From the NCBI RefSeq assembly GCF_006345805.1, contig NC_043005.1, positions 69,750,001 to 69,814,000 of the forward strand: a stretch of DNA of 64,000 nucleotides, given 5' to 3'. Positions 1-12,353 of this stretch are shown in pieces. A program made the position numbers and the translations under genes. The notes under the pieces are model-generated. The model was not told the DNA's origin, did not search any database, and saw only the letters and a list, made by a program, of their open reading frames with translations. The first letter of the stretch is position 1, and each line of letters starts with the position of its first letter. The DNA comes from Octopus sinensis. Lineage: Eukaryota.

Positions 1-55
1 CCAAAGTGCCAAGAAGTGGGACTGAACCCGCAACCATGTGGTTGCTTAGCAAGCT
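1..55 (-). mobile_element. tRNA-derived SINE family A, 5' head remnant cut by window edge
   Basis: ccaaagtgccaagaagtgggactgaacccgcaaccatgtggttg aligns with the head region of the copies at 20705-21100, 22966-23122 and 24158-24326. Confidence 0.75.
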
Positions 56-100
56 ATGTGTATATACATACATAAATGTATATAATACATACATACACAC

Positions 101-149
<49 letters not shown>

Positions 150-159
150 CGTCATATAT

Positions 160-943
160 ATACGTGGACTGTGTTTCATAGTAACAACTCTAACGTACGC
201 AGAGTAAAGCCCTTTGGTACAGATTGACATGAACTCTGCTGTGCATGTGCACTAAGTTTTTGGGCTCTAGTTCACTTCAACTTTTTACACCAGTGCTTGA
301 AACCTGTGATCATAGCATTGACCAAAAGTAAGTTGAGCAGATAATCAGCATTACATCTTGCCAACACCATGGCGATAGCTCGTCTGGGGCCTAAGCAAAG
401 TTTTCAAAATTTGTTATCGTTCTATACACAACTGAACCCTGACTGTTTTTGTTGTCATATTAAAGCAGTTTTTGCACAAACTTGTCTGGTACGCGTCTCA
501 AATATTTAGTGATAATTGAACCGTCACTAATCTGTACAGTTGCACGAACATGTGTGATGTTTTTCAAATTCTGCTGGTTGGGGGTCTGCCAGAGCTTTCA
601 TCAATACCAGCACATTTTCAGCCATATTTGAAATTTGTGAACCATTCTCACACTTGGGTGCGGACCTTGCACCCCTGTCTATACAATTTCTATAAATTTG
701 CGTGGGCATCTGAGCAGATATAGCCATGACAATTTTCTCTGTCGTAGTCAATGCGACGATCACACGCTACATACTTCCCTTCTAAGCACTGCTGTAAACA
801 ATGGAAGTGAAGTAGAGCAATGAAACTTAGTGCGCATGCAACAGCGGGGTCCGAGGTCAACCTTCGCCAAGCGGCTTTAGTCTGCTTGCTTTACCTTCGT
901 TACTATGGCAACAGTCTAAATACTTATTGATCAGACCTTATAT
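160..943 (-). mobile_element. Internally deleted mariner derivative with long imperfect terminal inverted repeats
   Basis: 160-305 aligns to the reverse complement of ~780-940. The terminus gttactatggcaacagtctaaatacttattgatcagacct resembles a mariner end. The minus strand holds frameshifted HTH-region remnants (FKYG..DESSGRP; KFVQKLL, similar to KFVPKLL). Confidence 0.7.
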
Positions 944-950
944 TCCATAT

Positions 951-1005
<55 letters not shown>

Positions 1006-2878
1006 GTATTTTCTATGTATATAGCTACCTAGCTATGTATGTGATGATTATGAAAATTTAATGTACGTCAGCTGTAGCGCTGATAAACTTTCAGTATTTT
1101 GTATCTCCTACTGGCGTTCAGTAGTGGAAGAAAACAAATTAATTTAAGTAAGAAGTGAAAATGCATGACAGACGTTTCCCATCACTAAAGTGCCTCTTGC
1201 TTAGCAGAATTTCTCCCGTTGGTCACTCGGTGATTTAAAAATAACAAGAACTCCGTGCAATCACAACACTGCATGCTCTTTTATCCAGTAAAGCGTTAGC
1301 CAAAATTATTTATTTTTTCTTATCCATCGGGCATAATTATCCTATAAGAAACATACATATGTATGTAATTATATATGTGTGTGTCTTTGTGTCTTCGTGT
1401 GTGCATATGCAAGTATATACAAACATGTATACATATTTGTGTGCGTGTGTATGTGTGTGCGTTGTGCATTATGTGTGTGCGCGTACCTCTGTGTGTGTAA
1501 TACCAAAAGCGATTATTCGTTTGGTCTAGTTTCCAGAGAGTATTTGCTCGGTGCAATTGCCATCATTGTTGTTAGTTTAGTAGGTATGGAATCTAACGTT
1601 TACTCATATCTTCTAATGTTACAAAAACGTGTTGCTTAATTTCATATTTCAGTCTTGTTTAGTGTTTTAGAGACGTTGGTGCTTTACGTTCTTACTCTTT
1701 CTTTGATTTAAGCTCATAATTTAGATCCTTCTTTCGCTTGCAGCATTTTATCAGTACAGATATTGCAGCTAATTCCTTTCCACTGAGGAGTAATTTCGTC
1801 TTCAAATGTCCACCGTTATAAATAGATGTGTGAGGTAGATCAGGTCGGGAATGATTTCGAACATTTAATGATTCATTTTGTTTATGCGCGATACCCTGAT
1901 TGCTGTCCAAGAGACCTAGTGAACTTTCTGTAACTGTTTGTTATATTAGTCACTCACGTCTTGGACAAGATGACCGTTGTCAGACATAAACAGTACTAAC
2001 TGACAGAGTCTTAGTTCGCTTCAGTTTCGTGTAAAATTTAGTGTGTTCACATTCCGTTTTCAAACATCAAATTCTAAAAATTGTTTAATATCATATGTTA
2101 CGAATGAAGAAACTATGATTTTCCCAGACGTGATGACAACATCTATTAATTTTTGTATGGGTCAGCATTTCTGCCAGTTTATTATTTCTAAATATGCCAC
2201 AGTCTTTTTAGCTTTCTCAAGAAGGCTGACAGTATAACATTTGTCTTTTCAACCTTCAGCGGTTCTATGGTTCATTTATTTAGCATTGAACAAGAAGTGA
2301 ATATGCTGATTTTGACATTGATTCTTTTCTATAGACTATTGGTACCGTTGCTATTACACCGAGATGTTATGACGGCTTGGTGTGGTTGTTGTTGTTGGTG
2401 GTTATGAGGGTGTAGTGGTCGACATCGTCGTATACTACATTGCGATTCAGAGATTCTTCAGTACTGCTCTCTTCGAGCTGTTTAATTTACAAGAGAACAT
2501 CGTCAAAATTACTATTCATCGATACATAGCTATCTTCTAAAACACTACAAAACAAGTGATCAGGTGGCAAAATCCCCTGAGATAAAAACAGGAGAGAAAA
2601 CCTGGAAATAGCAAGAGGTGGTAGAGCACTGAAAATATGATATCGGGCCCATTGTGAAGCAATTAAACTAATCTTCCACGATTTTCTGGAATATTCATTA
2701 AAAATGGGAGATAGAACTGGATTTACGGGTGCAATAAATAAATTCAGTCTGTCAAAATGCAAAGAGTAATGCGAATAAGTAACTTCACCAAACCCATTCT
2801 TACAGTACTCTCGCTCCCTCAGAAAAAGCGAACACAAGCACATACATATACTCATCTCTCTCACTTAAGTATCTTCTG

Positions 2879-2880
<2 letters not shown>

Positions 2881-2960
<80 letters not shown>

Positions 2961-2961
2961 T
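2881..2961. repeat. (ATT)n microsatellite, forming the 3' flank or tail of the adjacent LINE
   Basis: Pure triplet run. Confidence 0.95.
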
Positions 2962-3475
2962 ATGGGTTTTTCTTCTTCTTTCAAATTTGCTTCCATTTCT
3001 TGCCGAGTGTCTTCCCGACTCCTAGGGCAAAGAAACTCATAGTATACATTGGTAGGCCTTTAAACTAAACTCACTAGTTGGTTCATTTTTTTTTATAGAA
3101 ATAAAGTTACATTAAAATACATGGGTAGTAATAGTTCTCACATCGACAATGCTCTTCTCAATACGTGTGATGTACAAGTTAAGACAATCTTTTGCACTTC
3201 TTGCAGGGATGATAAGCCAGAGATCATTCTCATATAATTTTCGGTTCCATTCTTGATCATTCCTAGTGCTCCTACGATCACTGGTATTGTAACCGCCTTG
3301 AGGTGCCACATTTTTTCAATTTCAATGAACAGGTCTTTATATTTTCTGAGCTTGTCAAATTCTTTCGCCGAGATATTATGATCACAGGGGAATGTCATGT
3401 TGATCAATAAGCAAACTTTATTGTTTTAGTCTTTCACAACAATATCCGGTTTATTGGCTTTGATGGTTCGGTCTG

Positions 3476-3478
<3 letters not shown>
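2962..3478 (-). mobile_element. R4/Dong-type non-LTR retrotransposon, 5'-truncated 3' end with restriction-like endonuclease domain
   Basis: Minus strand reads DRTIKANKPDIVVKD*NNKVCLLINMTFPCDHNISAKEFDKLRKYKDL...MWHLKAVTIPVIVGALG, the PD-type RLE signature. A 3' UTR follows, and both ends abut (TAA)n on the element strand. Confidence 0.85.

Positions 3479-3541
<63 letters not shown>
3479..3541. repeat. (ATT)n microsatellite, 5' flank of the R4/Dong fragment
   Basis: Pure triplet run. Confidence 0.95.
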
Positions 3542-3542
<1 letters not shown>

Positions 3543-3730
3543 AAGCAGTCAAGCCTTTTAGTATGCCGAGGAAAATGCTTTACTGCATTTCGTCTGTCTT
3601 AATGTTCTGAGTTCAAATTCCCCCAATGTTGACTTCGCCTTCATCCTTGCGCAATGTGGTTGATCTAATCGACTGCCCCACCCTCCGAAAAATTTAGGCA
3701 TTGTGCCTATAGTAGAATGGATTATTATAA
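3543..3730 (+). mobile_element. Degenerate SINE family B copy
   Basis: gttctgagttcaaattcc...gacttcgccttcatcctt...gatctaatcgact matches the family B copies at 22702-22902 and 3965-4188. Confidence 0.6.
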
Positions 3731-3964
3731 TTAGCATTATCAATATTAGTAATCTTATAGATATTTCTTTTTATTACAGGTTTTGTTGGAACTCCTTGAG
3801 TCGTGCATGCGCAGCGGTCTTGCTACCTGCAGCCTACGCTGCCATGCTATCCCTTCCTTTTAAATATTTTATTATTACCTGATTAATCTAGCCGTTCAAG
3901 GAGGCAAAGCTATTCTAACATTTCTTCTGGGCAGTTTATTCCAACTTCCTTTATATTCCCTTTA

Positions 3965-4188
3965 TCTCTTTACTACACACAAGGGGCTAAACACAGAGGG
4001 GACAAACAAGGACAGACAAACGGATTAAGTCGATTACATCGACCCCAGTGCGTAACTGTTACTTAATTTATCGACCCCGAAAGGATGAAAGGCAAAGTCG
4101 ACTTCGGCGGAATTTGAACTCAGAACGCAGTGACGGACGAAATACCGCAAAGCATTTCGCCCGGCGTGCTAACGATTCTGCCAGCTTC
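3965..4188 (-). mobile_element. tRNA-derived SINE family B, near full length
   Basis: Aligns end to end with 21841-22072 and 61296-61528. It has the B-box-like gagttcaaattcc on the minus strand. Confidence 0.85.
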
Positions 4189-4637
4189 CTTTTCATGACT
4201 TCTTTACCTAAGGTCACAACATTAAATGGCACTGCCTTCACCTTCTTCCTTTTCCAACGCGGTGCTATTTGATACTGAACAGAATCACATTTATCTATGT
4301 TTACAACCTCCTTCTTGACTCTTCGCGGGTGAAAGCGGCACGCAACATCATCTATAAAGCACAAGTGGTGCATCTTGTCGATTACTAGTTGTACCTGCCT
4401 GCTAATGCTCTAGTACCTGATCTGTTTGTATTGGGAAGTGCCAATTATTATTGTTACTATTATTATTATTATTATTACTTTATGAAAACTCGCATCTTAT
4501 TTTGCTGGGTATGTCGGAATGTGTTAGCCGTCCACAGCCAAGAGAAAAAGTGTGACACTTGTTTACTGGCCATGCTTCAAGAATCCAGCATCATATTATT
4601 ATTATTATTATTACAACTGTTACTGCTGCTGCTGCTG

Positions 4638-4668
<31 letters not shown>

Positions 4669-7435
4669 ACTTATTGGTGTCGATATTGTTGTTATTACTA
4701 TCATCATCGTTTTTTTATTATATTTGATTGATCTGGTATATTTTTCTTAAATATTACAGATATTTATTATTTGTTTCTATAACCTTGTTTCGCTAATGAT
4801 ATTCATTCAACATATGACGATGCTATCCTAATAATTTCTAATGAACTACATTCAATAGCAGGATCATCGTTATTAAAGTAAATCTGTATTATTAACAATG
4901 AATGACAAGCAACATTTTGGATTTCTGATTTGCTGTTTTTTTTCGTTCCTTTTCATTTTTCTTTATGTTAATAATTTAGGATTTTTAATAAAATTCTTTG
5001 TCTATCATGCCATTTCGCACAAATGATTTTACGTAAATTTTCTATTGATTTGTTCATTGTTGATTCTTCTATTCAAATATGTAGTTGTTTTTATTTTTTT
5101 AACTTTCTAAATAACTTTTAATTATGCTTCTTGCTCATATTTTTTTGCGCGTTCTATCCATCGTTTTTTTCTAGTACTTTTTGGTTTCCTTCGATATTTA
5201 TTACGCCATCACTACACATTATAAATTAGGATTTGTGTAATTTTCTTTTTTCAAGATAATAAAATGTCAAATGTTTCCTGTTATTGTTTATAGGTGTTTT
5301 AATGTCCTTTCTGTATGTTTATTAATTTTCTGCGTTATAGTTTATTGTTTTAAATTTATAGCTCTCTTATCGTCACTGTTGAACCATTTTCAGAACCACC
5401 CACCTCTATCATTACACAACATCGGCTACCATCCAACACGACTATAATTATTATTAAGACTGCTGTAATAGTCATCACATACAATGTATTCAGCCAATGA
5501 CATCACATCCATTACAGCTAAAACTACATTAATTAGTAGGACCACAACCAACACCAGCCATTATGGAGAGAACGTCAACGTTGTCACACAGTTTGCCACT
5601 TAAAACAGCTTTATCAAATCATGCGTTGCCACTTGTAAATCATCTTTCTAAAAAAACCTCCGAAGCCATCGGATTATTAAGGCTGAGAAGCCTTAATTGT
5701 AGGTTTAGTCAGTCTTTACTGACATAAAACTAAGCAAAAATAACAAGAACAGCTAAAGACAAATGTACGCAGAAATAAAGGTCTTAGTTACCTCGTGGCG
5801 AAGCCAATATACTCCTATAAACTCTACAAAGATGACATCGAGGACAAAAAAATGCATTTATATCGTTCATGAGTAACCGTTTAACTTTACAATTATTAAA
5901 AATTCTTTCTGAACACAGAGCAGAGATTCTCTAGATGGTCATGCATCTTTATAAATATTGCAACCAAAACTTATTTCCGATACTTAACATTTTTGAAAAG
6001 TATGGTTAGTTTTTGGGTAATGAATGCAGGATATATTCCGGCGAAACATAATCACGGTTACATGGTTTATACGCTCCATTATATCTAATCTGGGTTGAAT
6101 GGACCGCAGCAACATCAAAAATAGAAAGAAAATAATATGAGTTTTCGAAACTGTACTTTGAGTGTATACTCAATACTAGTAACAAAATAGAGCAGGATAA
6201 TCTTGTAGTCACCGAAAGAAAAAAAATTACAGAAATAACGAGACTTGTGCTATCAAGTGGGATTTATTTTATGAACTCCAGTATGATGAATTGTGATGAT
6301 AACCTCAGCGAGTAACTGACTAAACACCGCTGGGAAATTAGCAAAGGAGTTCTAATAATTGTGTCAATCTCACTCACTTATTATGACCCTATATTTCTAG
6401 AGCAGTCTCTGCGACCACAAGGGAGCTTCTATGCAGTCACTAGAACAGCTAGAAATCATGTGAAATTTCTTTCAAGCAAATAATTTTATATCTAAATAGG
6501 TGAAGTGTATTTTATGCAGCATAATCGTTGATATATTTCTCTGTGCAAAAAAGAAAATATTGCCGCACAGGGAATGATTCTACATTTGGCGGATTAATGT
6601 TGATTCTGGATTAAATTACATTAATAAAAGCAAACGCAGCAACCATTATTAACGCTTTATAACAAGTATTAATCTCGTCTCAATTACTATGCGCTTTAAA
6701 CTAACATTAATTATTCATATTGCAAAGACGGGAAGCATATTTTCAACAGGCACCAATGACAAACAATACGGAAACGAAAGAAATATACGAAAAAAAAATT
6801 TCTTGAAATAAGATACTATAATTTAGAAAATTGAGTGTAGGAGTGTGTAAATTGTGTAATGCAGTTTTATTCTGAAAATGAGACGGGATTACGATGATTT
6901 GGCTATAAGACCCTTTAATTTTATGAGCATAACAAAAACAATGAATTGAATTATCTTTTGCGAAGCTACTGTAATTATCCTATCAATACATATTATTTAC
7001 TCACCCCAGTACTAACACGTCATTATCATGGCTATTGTCATTTTGTTGTTATCTTACTATCAACATCAAAATGAACATCATTCTCAAAATAGCTGAATTT
7101 GATAATGTAAAAATGGCTCTTGAATAATATAAGCAAACAAGTAAGATACTATGAGGTCAGAAGTTTTGCGAGACATACTAACAAAATCACTCTCTAATCA
7201 AGACTCTCCGCATGGAAAAAGAGGATGATGCATTTTGTAACGCAGTCGCAGATGAATTATGCTAAACAGAAAATATTTGTGATGTTTAGGGTGGCTTCCA
7301 TTGTTTTTTTATTATTACATTGGTCAGGTCATATTCTGTTCACATTCAAAATAAAATTTTATCAAAATACCCGATTATTTTGTATTTATTTTTTTCTGTG
7401 GAAGTTTCGTTATTAACATGAGTGATTATTGTAGG

Positions 7436-7590
7436 ACTACTACTACTACTACTACTACTACTACAACTACTAACACTAGCATCACCACTACTACTACAAC
7501 TACTACTACTACAACTATTATTACTGCTGCTACTGCTGCTACTACTACTACAGCTGCTGCTACTACAACTACTACAACTACTACTACTAA
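7436..7590. repeat. (ACT)n/(GCT)n compound microsatellite
   Basis: Triplet run that explains the poly-T and poly-L ORFs here. Confidence 0.95.
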
Positions 7591-7867
7591 GAGCGGGAGA
7601 GAGAGAGGGGGAGAGACGAGGTGGAGAGACCGGTTAAGCTTAGTGTGTTAGAGCTAGCTGTCACTCGGGAGCCAGTATTGCTAGGTTGAATGTATCCTGC
7701 GTTTAATAAATGTTTTATGTTCGTACGTAATCGTGGTTTTGATATTTTATAGTCCCTTTTCCACTTGGGCATTTGGAAGAACTAGAATTCGGCATATGAA
7801 AGCGAAGAAAGCATCAGCATCGGAGTCGTACGCATTATAGCGGAGTTTTCTTTTTTTATTTATTCGC

Positions 7868-8125
7868 TTTTTCAAGCCTAGTGAGGCTCATTGGCCTGGT
7901 TTTCCGGTTTCTACGGCGTAAATGTCCATCGCAGTGTTACCCGAGAAACAAGAAGAGAGAGTGAGAGAAATTTGGGGCGAAAGGGTACAACATGGGTCGC
8001 CAGCACCCCCTGCCGGAGCCTCGTGGAGTTTCAGGTGTTTTTGCTCAATAAACACACACAACGCCCGGTCTGCGAATCGAAACCGCGAGTCCGCTGCCTT
8101 AAACACTGGGCCATTGCGCCTCCAC
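7868..8125 (-). mobile_element. tRNA-derived SINE family C
   Basis: Reverse complement begins gtggaggcgcaatggcccagtgtttaaggcagcggactcgc, matching the head of 19310-19695. Confidence 0.8.
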
Positions 8126-8939
8126 ATAGTGGATTATACTGGAGGAAAATAAAAATGAACTGCCCCTTTCAAGTATATATGGCTCCCACAGCTTGAAGAA
8201 ATGAACCCATGATCATATATTTTAGGACCGAGCATCCCGACAACTAATTATTGCACAATGACACCTGGACACTCTGTTGAAAGCAAGCAAATAAAATGTT
8301 GGTTTCAAACAGGTTTAAACGAAATCCTCCAACGCCTTTCAACGCAGTTTTGATATATCAAATATCACCTAACACATCAGAGGGGTATCCGAAGTAAGGA
8401 ATATTAGCTATGAATAAATTAATTTTAAAGTTTTATATTTTTATATTTTTATCTTCCTTTAATTTTAGACGCCTAACATTCAAAAGTATTGTATAAATGC
8501 TACGTTCATCATTATTGTATTTCTGTTAGTGTCGTGGAAGTCAAATATAAGGTCGCTGTTCATGCTATTGTATAGAACGTGATAAATCTACTGGGAATGT
8601 TAATGAAGCCGGGACATTGTCATCATAATTGTTTTTCCTGCATTGAATCAAATAATACATCATTCAATACGATTCTGTGCCACCCCTTCTAACAACAATC
8701 AACATTGGCTCGCATGTATTATTAACGCATTTCGATAAAGCAAAATGGTCCTTGACCATTCTTAGCTACTTTAAATAAATTCCGACTGTAAACATCACAG
8801 ATCACGTTATCTATTGTGAAGAAATATGTTATATCTTATTATTCGAGCTTCATAATTATAACTCCATTCTGGGGATAAATAGCTGCCATTTTACTCTAAA
8901 ATATTTCCAAGTATACAATTAACGTACCGCCTAAAAGAG

Positions 8940-9400
8940 TTGGTGTAAAACAGAAAGTAGTAAATCTAGTCGAGTTGATGGTTCCCCACAAAGATAACAT
9001 GGATTTCAAAGTCGCCCGGACTTGATAGATTGACTATTGTAAAGATCACCTCAAGAAATGTGGAGACGCGGCTGGAAAGCAAATCATTATCCAATCGAAT
9101 TCGAATGCAGAGGGTTCACTGGAAATAGCGTGAGACGATTTTGTTGTCATTATACCTAACTCATCGTAAATAATTTTGAATAATACCCAGGATACAAGGA
9201 AGAAACCAAGCCACTGGATTTAGTTAAAAAGGGAAGATGAGCAATGACTAGGAGAATATCGAATGAAACCTAGTAACACTTGATCTAGCAGGTGGAACGC
9301 CATCTCAGTAAGGGTAGCCGGTGGGCAATGAAGTTAAGGTAAAAAAAAACAATTGATTATGATATTTCCCAGTGTATTAAGACCGGTGGTCCCATGATTG
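8940..9400 (+). mobile_element. HERO-type RLE non-LTR retrotransposon, degenerate 3' fragment
   Basis: Frameshifted translation KQKVVNLVELMVPH..., GWKANHYPIEFECRGFTGNSVRRF and SHWI*LKRE follows the HERO C-terminal pattern (IELTVP..GWK..P.EVGCRGF..S.WIW.KR). Confidence 0.65.
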
Positions 9401-10250
9401 TTTAGTGAATGTTTTAAACTACTTCGTTATATATTATTTCATTTAGCTACGAAGGAAACCATTTTACATACCTTAGCAAACCATATTAATAAATGTTAAC
9501 ACAGAATACGATGAACAGGCGATAAGTTTCGTTATTATCGAAACTAGTTGAAACTATATTCTTACAAGAGAAACATAATCGAGAGAATGGCAACGTTTCA
9601 GATGATTAAACGTTGTTCATTTGAATGATTATATATGTGAATGGTACTAGGTTATTAATTTCAAGACTTCTTACTGTAAATCTTATACTCGATAATTGAT
9701 ATCACAGGCATATGTCATAACGAAACGTTTAAAATTTGTATATTAAATGTTGGAAGTGGGTCAAATTCTAAAAGAAGATATCTTAAATTGATTAATCAAA
9801 TGTCAGAGCAAAGACACACTATATTTTGCGAGTTAACGTACATAAAACATTTGAGTTGGTGTATTACAAGCCATTGCAATTTATTAGATTTACATGTCAA
9901 ATATCTGACTACTAGATGTCTACGGAGCTCGATATTTCCAATCTTTTACGAGCGTATAACATGCTATATTTAAATTCAATATATCTTTCTTGTAGTAGCT
10001 CGAAAACATTCGTAGAAACTAAACATTGCGATGTGTAGATTTCCTTCGCAAGCACATTTTACTATTTCACTTTCATAATACGATATCATTTCAAAATTCT
10101 TTCTTACGTACGTTTTCTATTTATATGTCTATGTGTGCGTATACTATGAGTAAATACAACCGATATACACATTTACATCCTCGCGTGTGTGGGTCTGTGC
10201 ATCTGTATACATTTATGCATATTATATAAATTTATGCATGTGTATATACG

Positions 10251-11297
10251 TTGTGTCATCCCATAAATAATGCGATTTTTGTATACATCTTTTATTTTTC
10301 AAAATTCAGATAAAGTTATCTTGTAATCTAAGTTATACTCTCCTTCATTTTCTACACTGCTCTTCCATCTAACTGGTTGACTTGCAAGGCTCCTCTTACA
10401 AAACTCACTTGTCCATGACGAAATATACTCCTCATGTAACTACTGTTCTGACCTCATCTACAGAATTCATATTTTTCCGTTCAAATGATTTGGAAGACTT
10501 CAGAATAAATGATAATCAGATCAGGTAATATCTGGCGAATATGTTAGGTGAGGCATCCCTTGCCATTGAAACTGTTCCAGCTTTTGGAATGTCATCCTCG
10601 TCGTATGTGGCCGATCATTATCGTGAAGGAAGAACACCTATTGTCTTGAAACCAAAGATGGTCGTTTTCCTTCTAGCGCTGATTTAAGCCCCCTGTTTCA
10701 GTTGAAAGTTGAAAGTGTATAAACCTTTTATATTCCACCAAACAGATGACAACTTACGTGGGTGAAGACCATTTATAGCCTCGGATGCCGGTATTTCTCT
10801 CGCTTGGCATTTTTATAAAGAACCACTTTCTCGTCGCCAGTCACTATTCGATCCCAAAAAGGTTCATTGATGAGACATGACAGCAAAGAAGAGTACATAT
10901 TCACTCTCTCTGAGCGATTGGTTTGTGAGGAACACATTGACCAAATTTGCTGGCTTTTCCGATGACATACAAGTGTTGATGAATGGTTGAATGACCAAAT
11001 CCAAGCTTCTCTTCTATACTGCACTAATATTCTTCATACTTTTCATTGCATTGTTGCCTTTATTAAATTCTGAAAGCAAAATATGCCAACTATTTTCGAT
11101 TGCCACTTTCATTATAGCTTTCAAAAAACAACTGCTAGTATCGAACTGCATTCTTAAAAACTTGCACTAAGAATAAGTATAAGGGAAAATTACTATCCCC
11201 GTTTTTTGGCAAGTTGATGGAAGTAGTTTACCCCGTCCCTCTCCGACCTTTAGTCCATGTAATTGAAGTAACCGCATCAGTTATGGTATGATCCAAT
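10251..11297 (-). mobile_element. Mariner (DD34D-type) transposon, decayed transposase
   Basis: Terminal inverted repeats gtcatcccataaataatgcg / cgcatcagttatggtatgat. Minus-strand motifs HILLSEFNKGNN, CVPHK, FWDRIVTGDEK, HDNDRPH and YSPDI.*SDYHLF, with stops and frameshifts. Confidence 0.9.
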
Positions 11298-11527
11298 GCA
11301 TCTGTGTCTGTGTGAGTGTTAAATGAAATAAGACAACAAATCCAACGCTGTATCAAATTTTCAGGACATTTATAAAGAGAAAGAAATATTTGCAAATCAA
11401 TATGTATAATATCATTTTGCACATATATGGCAAAGAGTGTTTCTTCGTTCATGATTCATTAGTTATATAAAAAACAAATAAAGAGGTAAATTTAAACTTA
11501 ATTCAACGCATAATTATAGAGGAGTTT

Positions 11528-12353
11528 TGAATTCCTGCAATGACATCACTTCTCAAACATTGTTGTGAATTATTTGATGAGAGCTAACTGTCCTTTAGTC
11601 GAAAACCGAATATGCCTTAGCCTGGATACTAATTTTTTGATAAGTTCAATCAAAAAGCGAGAGAAATATCCTGCAACGAAACAAGATTCTACTGCAATGT
11701 TTCTGAAATACATGAACTGAAGTGAACTGAGGCATGTCATGAAGCTATATCTATGTATTTAGTTAAATGCATTATTTTCTAATTTTTCTTGCTTTCGAAT
11801 TTCAGTTATAAAAAAAATGTCTTTATAAACGTCTTGAAAATTCCACGCAGCCTTGGCTTTCTTGTCTCATTTTATATAACGGATACCTGATCACACAAGA
11901 CTCGCGTAAGAATCCACACTCATATTATTATCGAACAGAAATTTTAACTACAACCTTCCAAAGCATTTACACAGCACTTGTGTTTGTGTGTGTGCGCCCG
12001 CGTGTGTGTGTGTGCTAGAATATATATGGATGTGCACATGTTGAGAAAATATTACATTAAATTCAGCATAACACATTCGCTCAACCAATCTTATCGATTT
12101 CATACTTGAAATGCGAAAAGCAAGAAACAAAAAGAAACGAATGCATGTACATAGGTACAGCTTCATGAAATGCCTCAGTTCACTTCAATTCATCAATTTC
12201 AGAAACACTTCAGAAGAATCTCGCTTTTGGATTGAACTAATCAACAAATGAATATCCAGGCTAAGGCATATTCGTTTTTCGACTAAAGGATATTGAACTC
12301 TCTTCAAATAATTCACAACAATATTTGAGAACTGATGTCGTTAAACGAATTCA
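11528..12353. mobile_element. Fold-back/MITE-like element with ~260-280 bp inverted arms
   Basis: 11528-11810 aligns to the reverse complement of 12098-12353, e.g. tcctttagtcgaaaaccgaatatgccttagcctggata versus tatccaggctaaggcatattcgtttttcgactaaagga. Confidence 0.75.

Noticed and set aside
2487-2864. GPCR TM7-like stretch (NLFIAPVNPVLSPIF) in the 125-aa minus-strand ORF
   Set aside because: There is no NPxxY motif, no other transmembrane segments, and no supporting exons nearby
7590-7760. LTR-like segment with aataaa after a GA-rich block
   Set aside because: No TG..CA boundaries, second copy, PBS or internal domain could be found
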